Below, in pieces: positions 51,501 to 64,000 of a stretch of 64,000 nucleotides of DNA; the first letter of the stretch is position 1; the number at the start of each line of letters is the position of its first letter. Under the pieces are notes generated by a model. The model had not been told where the DNA came from and made no database searches. It saw only the letters and a list, made by a program, of their open reading frames with translations. The DNA lies in contig KZ538513.1 of assembly GCA_000934665.2 (NCBI GenBank), positions 1-64,000 of the forward strand. Reading direction: 5' to 3'. Source of the DNA: Catajapyx aquilonaris (lineage: Eukaryota). The translations under genes were made by a program, and so were the position numbers.

Positions 51501-52952
51501 GTCCGGCACCTCCGCACACACCGTCGCACCTCAAGTCTCCTCGTGCCATTCGAGGTGCCAAGTCCCATACCCTCCCGAGAGGAAGTGGGACACCCTCGCC
51601 GTTACATCTCCGCACGGGACTGGGAGGGGGTCTTCCAACAGTGAGCAGTTCGGATGATTCCTGGGGCGGCTTCTCGCAGCAGTCGCCACCGCAGGAGGGG
51701 AAGGCATCACCTGCAGTGATCAAAATGGAGGAAGACGAGGTTGCCACCATTAACACGCTTCCGGCTCACTTGCAGATACCAGCTCAGGTAGCACCGGTTC
51801 GTTCAGGCGTGTGAGCCGTATTTACATGGTTTTGATTTACAGATGGTGGCACATCCGGGGCTTCCTCCCACGACACTGGTGAGCACACCGATACAAGTGC
51901 TGGCCCATCCAACAACAGTGCGAATGGTAGCAGCTCCCGACCCAGGGTCACCATCGCAGCAGCCTCTAGCCCTCACCGTACATGCGGCTGCCAACTGCAC
52001 CAGAGGGCTGGTGACCTCGACTGGAGGACCAAGAATGGCTGCGATGCAGGTTACGAAGCAGCAGCCGGGCAGCGTCACCTACCTGAGCGAAGTACCTCTG
52101 ACAAGTCCGGTGCTGATAGCCACGGGGTTGGATCAGAGTCAGCACTCGGGAGGAGGGCACCAAGCAATCCTGGTGGCTGGGAAGAGTCTGGCGACACCAA
52201 AGGTCACCAAGGGCGGGGGCGCAGGGTCCGGCCCAGGGGCAGGCGGGTTGGTCGGGCGGTCAGTGCCATCCTCGCCCATTGCATTCCCGGCTGGTATGGC
52301 CGTTCCGAATGGTTTGCTGGCGGCTACGGGACCCATCAGTTTCGCAAAGGCTGGGACGGGCCAGCAGGAACACTGCATCATTACCTCAGGCGGCACGATG
52401 TCGTCGAAGCCGTCTGCGGATGGTCTAGTCCCGGCCACAGTCACAGCAACAATGGGCATCCCAACCCTCACGACGCATCTGGCCACGGCTGGTGAGCTCG
52501 GCAGATTATCCTTCTGAAACGGTTGCTAAACGAGTGTTGCTTCCAGGCATAACACATGTGATGGCTCCCCTGAACTGCCAAGGAGGGCTGACCACCTCCC
52601 TGACCCCGCTGGTGGCCCCTATGGCCATGATGTCGCAGGCCAACCACGTTGCTCACATACTCACCACACCACACCTCGGAGGAAAGGTCAGTCGCTCTTA
52701 AGCCGCACCGTTCCGCCGCAATAACACGGGTTTCCACAGGTGGTGACCTCCCCGGCCATGGGCCAGCTGCCCATAGTGAGCGCCCAGTACCTCCGCCTTC
52801 CCCCGAGGCAGCTAGTGAAGCCGGTCGTCGTCGTCACCACAACAACGGCCGCTCCTCTTCCCCCTGCTCCCGCCCCTCCCTCTCAGTCAGCCCCTAGTCC
52901 TTCCCCTAGCCAAGCCGGATATACAATCAAGACCGAACCAGGCTCGCAGTGA
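39522..52952 (+). CDS. MNT: Max-binding protein Mnt (SID + bHLH-Zip repressor)
   Basis: Exon 1 MSLETLLEAARYLE (Sin3-interaction domain) at 39522-39588. Further exons: 46141-46628 (Pro-rich, contains an N gap), 48299-48451 (GAGTREVHNKLEKNRRAHLKECFETLK bHLH), 51166-51394 (zipper), 51453-51787, 51843-52491, 52547-52686 and 52740-52952. A non-coding exon probably ends at ~37407. Confidence 0.95.
39583..40028. promoter_or_regulatory. CACGTG E-box cluster
   Basis: Six CACGTG at 39583, 39704, 39766, 39785, 39948 and 40023. Confidence 0.65.
40203..40480 (-). mobile_element. tRNA-derived SINE, type A, full length
   Basis: Head CCGAAGCAGG...GGTCCTGGGTTCGAATCCC on the minus strand and an AT-rich tail, with a 15-bp TSD AAAATTAGGATATTT (40188-40202 and 40481-40495). 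Confidence 0.85.
40787..41400. repeat. Complex tandem repeat with ~110-150 bp unit
   Basis: GAATAACCCCTC(G/C)CTAAGGGTAGTCCGTG recurs at ~40945, 41067, 41178 and 41325, with GTAGTCC subrepeats. Confidence 0.8.
43294..43390 (+). CDS. MNT: Candidate alternative first coding exon of Mnt (MPNMGVLVETGSAGAGWTPPPKKRWIQGYLQL)
   Basis: ATG-initiated 97-nt frame ending G|GTGACC in phase 1. This matches the phase of the SID exon, so it joins in frame to exon 46141. Confidence 0.6.
43502..44460. repeat. Minisatellite with ~44-bp monomer and alternating A/B variants
   Basis: TCGGATAACAGGGACTGTCGATACCACTATTCGGATCAGCAGGG alternates with TCGGAGAACAGGGACTCGCGATGCCACTATTAGTATCAGCAATG and decays toward 44460. 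Confidence 0.9.
45745..45835 (+). mobile_element. SINE type A, 3' fragment
   Basis: CCCTATCC...CCAATGGTGGTATTCCACCCCCCTAATGG...CTCCCAATGGGGTATAAAT matches the 3' end of the 40203-40480 copy. Confidence 0.75.
46989..47605. mobile_element. Tc1/mariner-type MITE with nested inverted repeats
   Basis: Same TIR as 12166-12321, TA-flanked. Contains an internal hairpin at ~47061-47140 and a long inverted repeat at ~47265-47533. Confidence 0.8.
47650..47860. mobile_element. Palindromic MITE
   Basis: ACTGTACC...ATTCGGGCGGATGACTTCTGAAC...CTGAACCTACCTAAA is inverted at the right end. Confidence 0.75.
49432..49661 (-). mobile_element. tRNA-derived SINE, type A
   Basis: Colinear with 40245-40480 along its length. 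Confidence 0.8.
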
Positions 52953-54865
52953 ACGGACACTCGGAATGACTAATGCTCAATTTTTTTCAGGAGTGCGGTG
53001 CAAGATGGCAGACTGCGAGGGGAAGTGAGGTCAGAAAATGTCGTTTACATGTCTTCTAGTCTGCCCCCTCCCCACCCTCCCGCCCAAAAGTTTGTCAAAA
53101 TTGCATGGAGCGAATGTGAAACACCCGGTGGCGTCAAGAACTGTAAAGGCTACGACTTGCCGCTTCTCGACTGGGAAAAATCAGGCAGTTATTTGTACGA
53201 TGTTGCTACTTATACCTGGGCTTCCTCAATTATTATTTTTTTTTCCTACTCCTCGTATGGGTTTCGAACTTGTGCTGCAGGCAAAAGACCAGGGTTAAAA
53301 AAAAAGGGGTACAAGAACCATCCATTTTGTACGGACTCGAATTAGCGGTGGTTCGCAAAAGACTGAGGTCGATTCTTCATCGTCTGTTCTTATTTCACCG
53401 GTGCTGAAAATTTTTAAGTTTCCAGTGGAATTATTTTGCATGGCAGCCTCTGTGAACAAACGTAATGCATTCCAACGTTTAGCGTATAAGTTTGCATGTG
53501 TTATTGAGTTATTTTTTTATACCCAAGATATGAAAAAAAATACAAAAAAAAAAGGCGAGTTAGCGGACATGTTTGTATGGATGGAAAAGTGACAAGCTCA
53601 AAATACTTTTTATTAAAAAAAATAATCGGCTTGGTGCAATCTCACCAGTTCCAGTCTCGTGCGAGGGAAAGCGGAAGTTACAAAGAGACATATCTTTAAA
53701 ATGTTGACTCGCTGGGAATTTCTGTTGTTCATTTTTCACCCCCCGAATTTTTGTGCCGGAATTTTTAGTATTAAGTGTGTACCAGTGTCAAGTACGATTG
53801 ATTGTACAAGGTGCTAAATTTCTTCTCATTTTTTTTTCTTTCTGGTGGCAACCATCACTGTGAAATCCCTCTCGTACACTATCCGCAGCTGACATGTTCC
53901 CAGTTAACAAATTTTTTTTGGGAAAAAAAAACAAACATGAAATAACACAAAAAAAAAAAATTGCATGGATAGCAAGGGTCCTACATGTACGTGAAAATGT
54001 TATATATTAAGAAAAAATGATATTCGGAAAGTGTGGGATTAATTGTTACGTCGTACCCTTTCCCTCCCCGCCCTTTACAAATATAAGATGGTGTTGTTGT
54101 CAAATACGGGTCTTCATTGTTGTTTTCTTTTCAATCTATCTTCCGTCTTCAGCTCCCCCCCCCGAAGTGAGTGTCGATTTTTGCAGGGGTTTCTTGTAAA
54201 GAACTGGAGTCCGGCACCATCAAAAGAGAGAGTGGAACGTTAGTAACGTAGCGATTTTTTCAATGGTATGGGCCAGTGTTTTTCTGACATGTACAACTGT
54301 AGACCTTTCCCCCCCCCTCCCTCCTCAACGTACATAGAAGCAACAAAGTGTGAGTTCCGTTAAAAATACACCCGGAAAATGGTACAAAAAAAATGGTGAC
54401 CAGTATCCACCAGAACACGATGTTTGGAGAACATTTTTCTTTTTAAAGCGGGTGCGGTTAATTGTACATATCAAATCGGGATGTTCATTAAGGCGACATG
54501 GTGTAGGGGACTTTCGTTCATTTTCATTGCGTGCCAGGAGCGGCGGAACTGGTGGATACTGAGCGTGAACAATTTAATTTTAAACCCTGCCCCCCCTTCC
54601 CTCCCAATCTTTGTGTACATAACAGTGCATCGTTGACCTACAATTTGTTGACATATTTATGAGTGTAAGTTGCTTTTGGCTTCAAACTTAGGCAACCTCT
54701 GCGGAAAATAAAAAGGAATTTAAAATCCCTGTGCAAAGCAGCGTGTTTTTAATTTACAACGTGTGGCCGCAGGGAGTTCACATTAATAATTACAGCTTCT
54801 TGATTACTACGACGGCTGGGGCACGCAGATGTCAGGCGACTTCTCCCATCTTGCTGGCACGTCTT

Positions 54866-55878
54866 TTACGAGTACTGGTCCTTGATGTCCTTCCACTGCT
54901 TCTGTAACGCCAAAACGAGACAGCGTCAGCAGGTAAAGGTCCACTAATATTTTTTTTAAATTAATCATGCAGCCTGACTTCAAATTTGCGACTTATTATT
55001 GGTAATTAAGAACTAGCATATTAAATATGCTTTTGCACAAATCCTATATAAATAAAGCCGTTTCTGGACCACCGACCGTCATTTGCCTCCCATCTGTGGT
55101 CCGCCTCCTACACCTCCAACCTCTCCTGTCCCTCTGACCCGGCTTTTCTTTAATTAGGATTCTTAATTACATGCATTTTTTTTTTGCCTGTCCTTTTTAA
55201 CTTGATTTCCATTCATTTCTTCCCGAGCAATGCCGGGTGTCACAGATAGTTATACATATAAATAATTTACAAGCAGCAGCGCCTGTTCTCCTAGCCTGTT
55301 TCTATAGTTTCAATGGTAAAGCGTTGCAATGGTAGACTATTGCTGTGGTAAACTGTTGCCATGTTAACCTCAGCAAAGGGATAAAACTGTTGCCACGACA
55401 AACTATTGCAAAGGGATAAAACTGTTGCCACGATAAACTATTGCAAAGGGATAAAGCTGTTGCCATGGTAAACTATTTCAATGGCAAAGCGTCGCAATGG
55501 AACACTGTTGTCATGGTAAACTATAGCAATGGGAAAGCGTTGCAATGGTAAACCGCTGCCACGGACAAACAAACCAACAAACCTTCCCTTATATTATGTA
55601 AGATGTATGAAACCAGTACAGAGGTTGTGCTCAGGAGTGTCTGTTACTTATGGTGTACCGTACACAGGGGTACACAGTACATCATTTGGTGGTGCACGGT
55701 ACAGTGCAAGGCAATGTATGCCATACATACGTACCCCTTTGTTGAGGTTATCGAAGATGGCTTCGGTGGCGAAGTCGAAGCCCCTCTCGAAGAAGAAGGC
55801 TCCGGTGACTATGGCCAGGGCGAAGGTCGAGGTCCTCCGGAACACGGCGGTGTACACGCGGCCCACGAATCCGGACAT
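54866..55878 (-). CDS. UQCR10: Cytochrome b-c1 complex subunit 9
   Basis: Exons 55878-55735 (MSGFVGRVYTAVFRRTSTFALAIVTGAFFFERGFDFATEAIFDNLNKG) and 54901-54866 (KQWKDIKDQYS*), 59 aa in total. Confidence 0.95.
55310..55562. repeat. Intronic minisatellite
   Basis: Degenerate ~17-36 bp units such as ATGGTAAACTATTGCAAAGGGATAAAACTGTTGCC. Confidence 0.75.
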
Positions 55879-57209
55879 GGCTGAATCGGCCCGATGAAGG
55901 GAAAGAAGAGACCTTCAGAACTTCAGAATCTTTTCAGAGAGAGAGGCCCACCAAATGGAACACGACGATCCAAAAGGCTTCTTGGAAACAGGCAGATCTG
56001 AACCCACCCCACCCACACCTGGAAATTGACCAAATTGACCCAGAATGAAAACTGTTGGTGCTCCTGCGAGAATTGCGGCTTATTATTGGCCCGATTGTGA
56101 TCACGTGACTAACCAGTGGTGCCAACAGGAGCTGTTAAAAAAAGTGACCAATCAAATGATCGAATTGGCACTAATGACGCAATTTTCAGCCAATAGGAGC
56201 AAGCGGCGAAGAAGACGAAGACGAAGGAGTATATTTAGAACGCACCCGCACTTTCAACTAAATAAGTTTAACAAAATATAATCACGCCCGCTCATATATT
56301 TAAATGTACTGCTAATTTAAATAATGCATGTTGTTAACTAATTACGAGAAATGAGCAAAGAATTTATTATAACTTGTAGCTCTCGTAGCTAATAGCTAGT
56401 AAAGAAGCAGCTTTCACCTGCCATATGCACCAACTGGAGGCGAATTTTAATTTGTAATTCATAATCGATATAAATATGAATTATCTTGTTTTAATTGACC
56501 TATTAAAATTAGCTGAAAATTATCTCACAAACATGCTTCTTTGAATAAGCAGATTGGAAAATAAGCCGTGATTGACCAAACCGCTATGCTTCTTGCGACC
56601 CATGAAATTCAGCCCCCAAAAAATCCGGTCAAAAAAAAAAAAAATCGTAGAAAAAAAAAAGATGGCGAATTGTTAAGATGGCGGCCAAAAAGTTCGTTTG
56701 GAGCGTGAAATGCGCCGCAAATTTAAATCCGATGGACTCGGAAAGGATCAGTGTCCGCACATGAAGTGTTGGGACACCTGAAGCCCCAAAACAACAGGGA
56801 TTTTTTTTTCTTTTTTTTGAAATCTGGATTTAAAATAATTAGAACACTAAAGTGTACGTGTCAAAAAAAAAAGAACAATTTTTTGAGAAGAAGTGACTTT
56901 CTTGGGGGGGGGTCACTTTTGTGCCATGTGAATCCGGCGGATTTCGAATTTTACAACAAAACCTAGTGCAATTATTTGGAGTGATAAAAAAAAAGTTCAG
57001 TTCCTAGACATTTCTTTTTCTTTTGGAGGAAATTTTCCTCAAAGTTTGGTTCTCAAGATCTCAACTTGTGATTTTTTTTAAAAACATATTATGGGGTAAG
57101 ATGGTGTTCATACTAGTGTAGCCGCATGTCGCATTAGTCGCAAGTGGACGTACTAATATCATATGTTTTCAGATAAGTACGACTAACTGCGCAGCTACTT
57201 CGCATCGAC

Positions 57210-59595
57210 ATGGCTTCAGCTCGTCAGCCGCAGCCGGAGACAGCTTCGTCTCCTCCTCCGTCACTTACATCTTCGGCTCCCTCCGTGCCGCCTGCTCCGA
57301 CTCCCTTAGCAGCCGCCCAGCCGCCTCTTCCGCCTTCATGGACAGACCTGTGCGATCGTCATGCACGCAGCTCAGCCTCCGAGTTCGCCCAGTCCTTCAG
57401 AACGTACGTGTCGGAGAACCACGTCGGTTCCGCACCCTTATCGCATCGGGACTTCGTACGCCGCTTCGTGGAGGTATTCTCGGAGCACTTCGAGTGTGAG
57501 ATCAACCGCAGTGAGGTCAACGGAGGCGGAGGGATTAGAGGAAGGAAGGACGACTACTCGGACTACTCCGACCATGAAGCTGAAGCCCCGTCGCCTAGAG
57601 CGCTACACAAGCCGTTCTTTAGGCATGAATTTTTGGTCTTGCAATTACAAATTAACAGGCTCCATTTTTTGAGGAATGGCAGAGCGAATCAAGAGAAACA
57701 TTTTTTGTGCAAATACACATGATTAGGTCAGAAAACGAGGGTTCGTCTTGCTTCATACGAACATGTATGGTTAGCACCCATAGTAATACCATAGTAACCT
57801 ATATTTAGACGTGTGTGCGTGACATGTCGCAAAACAATCAACTGTTGAAGTAGAATGGTCACCATGGTGGTAACTAAGATTTGGACGTGTTTGAAAGACG
57901 AGTCACAATAATGTTTCGTTCGTGTCACTCTATCAGTCTTTTAAAAAATGGGTGCTTATTTCACACACACGGTGTATTAGACGAATTTGCTTAACCTTTC
58001 AGGCGGTTGAGCTTTAAGGGTCTCCGGAAAGGGAAGGGATTCTTCCACAAGCAGCATTCAGACGAGGTCGAACTCTCGTCGCATCACCACCACCACCACC
58101 ATGGCGAAGGGTCGAAGAAGCATCATCACTCGAAAGGAAAACTGTCCAAGATTGTGGTGGAATGCAGGAAGGAAGGGATCGTCAACTACTTGAGCGGAGA
58201 CAAGATTGAAGGGACGCACAAGTGGGAGAAGTGCAGGCTGGCACTTGTCAAGACTGTCGGGGGATACATGCTTGAGTTTTACTCGCCACCAAAGGTGAGT
58301 CGGATCTGCTCATTGATTCTTAGGCCACAACTGTCCATATACACGTATAAAAGGACATGATTAGCGTTACGTTTTCAATCCACAGGCGGTGAAACCAAAG
58401 AGCGGCGTATTCTGCTTCCTGATAACTGAAGCTCGTGAGACGACGGCTCTGGAAATGCCTGACCATGAAAACACGTTTGTGCTGAAGGCGGAGAACAGCA
58501 TGGAGTATGTGATTGAGGCCCACGATGCGGATGACATGCGGTCGTGGCTTGCCACTGTCAAGTACTGCATGCGCGCACCTGGAGCAGCAAGTGGGCTCTC
58601 GGAAGGGCGGGGCAGGGACGGAGCAGGAGCCGGGTACAGAGAGGAAGGGGTGGAGAATCCACCAGAGCTGCCGCCTAGAGGTGGAGCAGCTACGTCCGGG
58701 GCAGCCGCGGTCAACGGATTCCATTCGCTCAGGTCGGCCAGCAGCAATGGGCTTGACTTTTGTGCGCAGGGTGGCGATCCAGAAGGAGGACCCGACGGAG
58801 ACGGTAATTGTCAATTGCGGATTACGATTATGGGGAAATGTACCATTGCTATGATTTCAGCTGCGGACGGTGGGGTCGACCTGTACTCGTCGCTTCGGGA
58901 GTACCCGTGGTTCCATGGGACTCTGAGCAGGTCGGACGCTGCCCAGCTGGTGCTGCAGGAGGGGCCCGATGGCCACGGAGTCTTCTTAGTCCGGCAAAGT
59001 GAGACTCGGAAAGGAGAGTTTGTCCTGACGTTCAACTTCCAGGGGAAGGCCAAGGTACGCACTGAAAATGACGTACATATGATTATTACTCATCATATGT
59101 CTTCCAGCACCTCCGCATGACCCTGAACCCTGAAGGCCAGTGCCGCGTCCAGCACCTGTGGTTCCAGACCATATTCGACATGCTGGAACACTTCCGGGTA
59201 CACCCCATCCCTCTTGAATCCGGTGGGACATCAGACGTCACACTGACTGATTACGTGGTGTCCATACAACCCAGGGGCGGACCATCCAGTTCTAGCCCAG
59301 CCCACGGAGAGAGACGACCTCCAATGCCGCCAGACCTTAGAGAGGTCAGCACCCAGTAGACGTCTTAAGTATTTAATTTGTTTTCGTTTTTATTATTTTA
59401 CGACCTGATTTCTCCACCTGTAGTACACGTTTGGTCATGCCTCAAATATTTAATGCTGCGGTACTAATTAGCTGCCGTCCTTAGGTGATGACCCACGGCG
59501 GCTCCGTCCGGACACGGACTGAGTCCATGGAGCGGCTTCAAAGCAGCGGCGCATCGGTCGGAAGAGCGGTGGAAAACACCTACAGCTTCGTATGA
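57210..59595 (+). CDS. SH2B: SH2B adaptor protein (Lnk): Phe-zipper, PH, SH2
   Basis: [20 protein letters not shown] (Phe-zip), [11 protein letters not shown] and [15 protein letters not shown] (PH), [10 protein letters not shown]...[27 protein letters not shown] (SH2), C-terminal AVENTYSFV. Exons 57210-57622, 58003-58293, 58386-58804, 58861-59053, 59109-59345 and 59485-59595. Confidence 0.95.
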
Positions 59596-60693
59596 GTCTC
59601 GAAATAAGTCTTCTGATTCTACTTCTTTGCGGTGAATAACCCCATAAAGTCCAGTGACAGTTGTGAGTGACTCCCTTTTTTTAAAAACCCACCCCAGTGA
59701 CTGTGATTTTTTAGTTTGTGCCACCTTTTTTTTGTGCCGTTCGACATGCGGCGATATTGCGAATAACTATTTATATATTTATGTTTACATGCAGCTGTGC
59801 TCCTTTTTTTTTTTTGCCTGTTTCCCCAATCAATGTTCCTGCAATTATTTTGTTTTGCTCTGCGTGAAAGCAAAATGTGTAATTCATGTGGGGGGCAATG
59901 TTGCAATTGCAACCCATTGTAATCTACCGAGAAAGAAAAAAAAAAATTCTAACTATTTAATAAGCAGGATTTCCTGGCCAAATGTCGCTATTTTTTAAAA
60001 TTAGCTGCTAATTAATAGCTCTCAATGCGGCTATAGTGTACGACCCGGCCAATCCTGGCGTTAAGTTAGAAAACCTTAATTAGCGAATTAGTGAGGGGGG
60101 GAAAGGTTGCCATAATAGTTTCGTCCAAACTCGAAATTGTTGTGACATGTGCCGTTTATTGTCACGACGTCAGTGCCACATTAAGAGGCCAAAAATGCAA
60201 TCCCCGCCTTTTAAATCTATAGGTAATCAATCTTCAGATCCTGTTTTTTTTTTGTATCGTTATTTATTGACTCATTTGTAGACCCCCGATGATAATTGTC
60301 TGTCGTGAAAATCCAGTTGAGTGTTGTCACAATTGCGGTTAATTTGTCCGAAAAGAAACATGGTGCTTTTTTTTAAATGTAGGGCATCAGTCATGGTTCA
60401 ATAAATGCAGCATTTGCAAACAATTAATTAATTAGTTAATTAGTTGGTCGCTTCAACTTAAATTTTGAACAACGCGCCCGTTTGTTGACTAGAACAAATA
60501 TGGCCGGCATTGGTTTGACTATAACAAACATGGCTGCCATTCTGCAATCTAGATCAAAGATGGCTGCTTTTTTTCCACTCGCAATACGGATCAAAGATGG
60601 CGGCGGGGTATTACATCATCCTTGCCCTGAAGTTGTCCAATTTCAGATTTTTTTGGGGGACATATTTTTTTTGTCCCGTTTCCTTGGGTGCCC

Positions 60694-61316
60694 ATGGCTT
60701 CCCCTCAGCCCCCGGCGTCCCTCCCCGGGGCGGCAGCCTCCACGGTGAAGATAGCCCCGGGGGCCATAGTGTGCAACGAGTGCGAGCTGGTCGGGGACAT
60801 CACCATAGGACCACGCACCGTCATCCATCCCAAGGCGAGGATAGTGGCCGAAGCAGGTCCGATTGTGATGGGGGAGAACAACCTGGTGGAGGAGCAGGCG
60901 CAGATACTGCACCTCAAGGCGTCCGGTGCAGCGGAGGAAGTCATGACCATCGGGTGCAACAACGTGTTTGAGGTACGGCTGAGTACGGAACATGCAAGTG
61001 GTGGTTAAATATTGGGACGCTTTAATTACAGGTTGGGTGTGTGTGCGAGGCGGCTAAGATCGGGGACCACAATGTGCTGGAGGCGAAGAGCCGCGTGGGT
61101 CCCACCACTCGGTTGAGCAACGGCTGCGTGATCGGAGCAGCGTGCGAGATGACCCCGGCGGAGACTCTCCCGGAGAACACAGTTGTGTACGGGGCCGGTT
61201 GCAAGCGCAGGGTGCAAGGGGAACGGCCTGCGCCTCAGACCCTGCAGCTGGATTTCCTCACGAAGATCCTCCCCAACTACCACCACCTTAAGAAGCCAAC
61301 GAAGACCAAGGCGTAA
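60694..61316 (+). CDS. DCTN6: Dynactin subunit 6 (p27)
   Basis: [10 protein letters not shown]...[35 protein letters not shown]...[17 protein letters not shown]. Exons 60694-60972 and 61032-61316. Confidence 0.95.
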
Positions 61317-61922
61317 AGGTTTTTAAGTGTGAAAATTGCGGAATCGAACTAACAGATAAACTGAAGCGTTTCAAGTGCTCGGTATTTGGAATGACAGTAA
61401 GTGATGCGCATTGCCGTGTGACACGTTCGCAGATCAACACAGCTTTATTTGAACTGTCATGTTGCTTTTGTTGCGGTTTACATGCTGGTGGCTCACACTT
61501 TATGAAAAAGTTAATTTCTTCTTGTCAATAAAAATATTTATTCGTAATTTCTTGGGAACAAAAAAATTTCTTCGGAAATTTCTAGTTAATAATATTTATT
61601 CCAAGGATTTATTCGGAATCTCTAGTAACCAGAGATTCCGAATGAATCTTTGGAATAAATATTTTTTATCGGCTAAAAATTCAAAATGGATGATTTTATT
61701 GTAATAAAATTTCTTATAATATTGATATTTATTCTAAGGATATAATTATTCAGTATTTTCTGATAAAATTATTAATTCTGAATTTCTAGTTAATGAATAT
61801 TATTTATTATTCTGAATTTCCACTTAATAAAAATATTTACTATAATTATTTAGTACTGGTTAGTGCAACATGGATATGACCAGCTGCATAGATTTCACGA
61901 CATTGTGAAGTGAGAGTACGAA

Positions 61923-62965
61923 TCATTCTTCCTCATCGTTCTGAAAGTCGTACTTCATGTTCAAGCCCAATGCATTTTCAATGAAGGCGTTGTGCAGCCT
62001 CGTGAACATACCGATGCGTGAGAGTTGCTGGAACACAAAGAAGGCCTTGCACATTAACTTCTCTCGCCAGTTGGCCCAAGTGGCCCAGGAAGGTGCGTCC
62101 GTTCCCAGGATACCGGAGATCGACATGATTGTAAATTCTGGCGACATCAACCCTTGCAAAAGACTCAGGAACGGAAGGGTGGCCGCTATGGCATCGACAT
62201 GCTTGCGGTATTCGTCTGTTGGGGGTTCATGAAGCGAGGGCCAAATTATGGACGTGTACACCTGCTGGATGCGGGACCGCATTTCGTCTAGCTTTCCTTC
62301 GAATGGATTGAACCTGTCCTGTACGCCCATGTAGTACGCATGAACCCGACCGACATGAGCGTACGCCTCCAGATCTTCATCAGGAACGCCATGTAAGCCA
62401 ACCTGCTCCGGACGGATCAGCGCAAGGCCAAACAGCCCAACTGAAGTCGCAATTCCGTCCAGTTGACTGTAGAACAACCCGGACGACTCCGTGCCAGCGT
62501 TCCTCCACACCTTTTCCAATGAGAAACCGGACTTGATCAGATTAATCCGCAGAATTTAACTCCGAGACATACCTTGTCCTTTTGGGCCTCCGCTTTCCTG
62601 TAAATCTCCTGAATCCGACTGACTGCTTGGTACGCCGGATTTTCAGTGTCCCAAATATTTCCTTTGGCCCACACCTTGAAGTAGTTGGTGACGTCCAGGA
62701 AAAGAGTGGTGTCGTCCGGCATCTCCTTTGCGTCCGCAATGTGTATGGCCTTAAAAGCCGGGCTCCAGGCGAACGACGTGGATGCTCCCATCGTGTTCAG
62801 AAAATACATCAACGTGAAGTGCTCCTGGATGAACGCCTGGCCTCGTCTGAACCTCTTCTTGTCCAGCCATGACGGAAGCGGGGCGTCCAACGACGGGAAC
62901 TCGGTGGCCTTTAAGGTCGACGCCAACTTCCATTGATTCATCCGCTCTGAGACGTCCGGCTCCAT
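61923..62965 (-). CDS. mpaB/rubber-oxygenase (DUF2236)-like protein, divergent arthropod-type member
   Basis: LPSWLDKKRFRRGQAF, YSQLDGIATSVGLFGLALIRPEQVGL and LEAYAHVGRVHAYYMGVQDRFNPF resemble family motifs. One intron with donor at 62572 and acceptor probably at 62511. The start could be slightly upstream. Confidence 0.7.
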
Positions 62966-64000
62966 TCTTTGTGTATTAGAGGTAGTGTACTTGAGCAGTG
63001 TTGCCCTTTCGCAATGTCCACCTTGCAATAATTATTTGCGAAAAAAATGGCCCTGAAAATAAGCTTGCTTTTGACGTTAGCAGCTTGGTGGGTTCCTCTG
63101 TACTACTCTGTGTACACCGTGGCCTCATGACCATTTAGTAATATCCCCCCAGCAGGCTACTTAGACATGATTGGCCTCTCGAAGGGGGAAGGTATGCAAT
63201 AAGTGCTGCAATGAGCCAAATGACCTTCAGTAAAACTGGTAATTGATGTCATTAACAATCTCGTTGAAGGTTGTTGCTTACAATATCGTGTGTTGCAACA
63301 TGCAGTTTGGACATGAGATTTTTTTTTTGCTATCCACCAAGAAATTGCAACGTGAGCTCTTATTGTGCGGAAAGAATGATGCACACATTCGCGTACACCG
63401 CACTGCACGTAATTTGCTAATCTATTGCAAACATTATGTAAATTGTAATTCGTTCATTGCATGACCGGGAACTGTAATGACTGCAATTATTCGTCCCCGC
63501 TTTTCCAACTCTTCGCTGCCTGAAACTCGGTGCAGACCTTCTTGTACTTCGAGTGTAATGCAACATGTGGAGTACTTAGGAACGATGTAATGTTTTCTGT
63601 GACAGGAGTGGATCATAAATCAGGTGCAGCACGCTGATCGGCCTAAGCAACGAAGGGCAATGGACACATCGAACGCAAGCAGGTTCTGACTTCAGTATGA
63701 AACGCTCATGTTAAATAAAAACGGCGGTGGGCTGGACGCACTCTGCTGAAGTCGTCAACAGTGTTACGGCTCGGAGCCAAAAAAAAATACCCCAAAAAAT
63801 GCTTTCAACACATCATATTAGCACTGCAAAAATTGTACATATACTGTATAGTAATAAATACCGTCAAATAATTGCGTCCTTTAAAAAAAACAACTCGTCC
63901 CACAACATGACCCCAGACACACTCGCTTTACACTGCTTTTTTTTATTACATTTTTTTTTCTCTCTCATCTGAAACGCATTTGAGACGCTTTCTCTCTCTC

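Noticed and set aside
55440..55480. RFX X-box-like GTTGCCATGGTAAAC
   Set aside because: Part of an intronic minisatellite unit in a non-ciliary gene, so probably coincidental.

Overview
Eukaryotic (animal, most likely arthropod) gene-dense window with many short introns of about 50-65 bp; no prokaryotic features or CRISPR. Hand-spliced genes in order: a SAM-like + Myb/SANT-like gene (-, runs toward the window start); an intronless Tigger/pogo-derived TIGD gene (+); a CRP/MLP-type LIM protein with a long low-complexity tail (-); TTC28 (+); two motile-cilium genes, CCDC63/ODAD1-like (+) and CCDC42/CFAP73-like (-); phosphorylase kinase gamma (+); Mnt (+); UQCR10 (-); SH2B/Lnk (+); DCTN6 (+); and an mpaB/rubber-oxygenase-like gene (-). 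Introns carry at least three tRNA-headed SINE types with a shared 3' tail, several MITE families and minisatellites. The Mnt locus is the most interesting part. It has a candidate alternative first exon that would replace the Sin3-interaction helix with a PPKKRW motif, dense clusters of E-boxes and CRE sites, and an array of CTCF-like motifs. Family assignments come from motif recognition only; no database searches were run.
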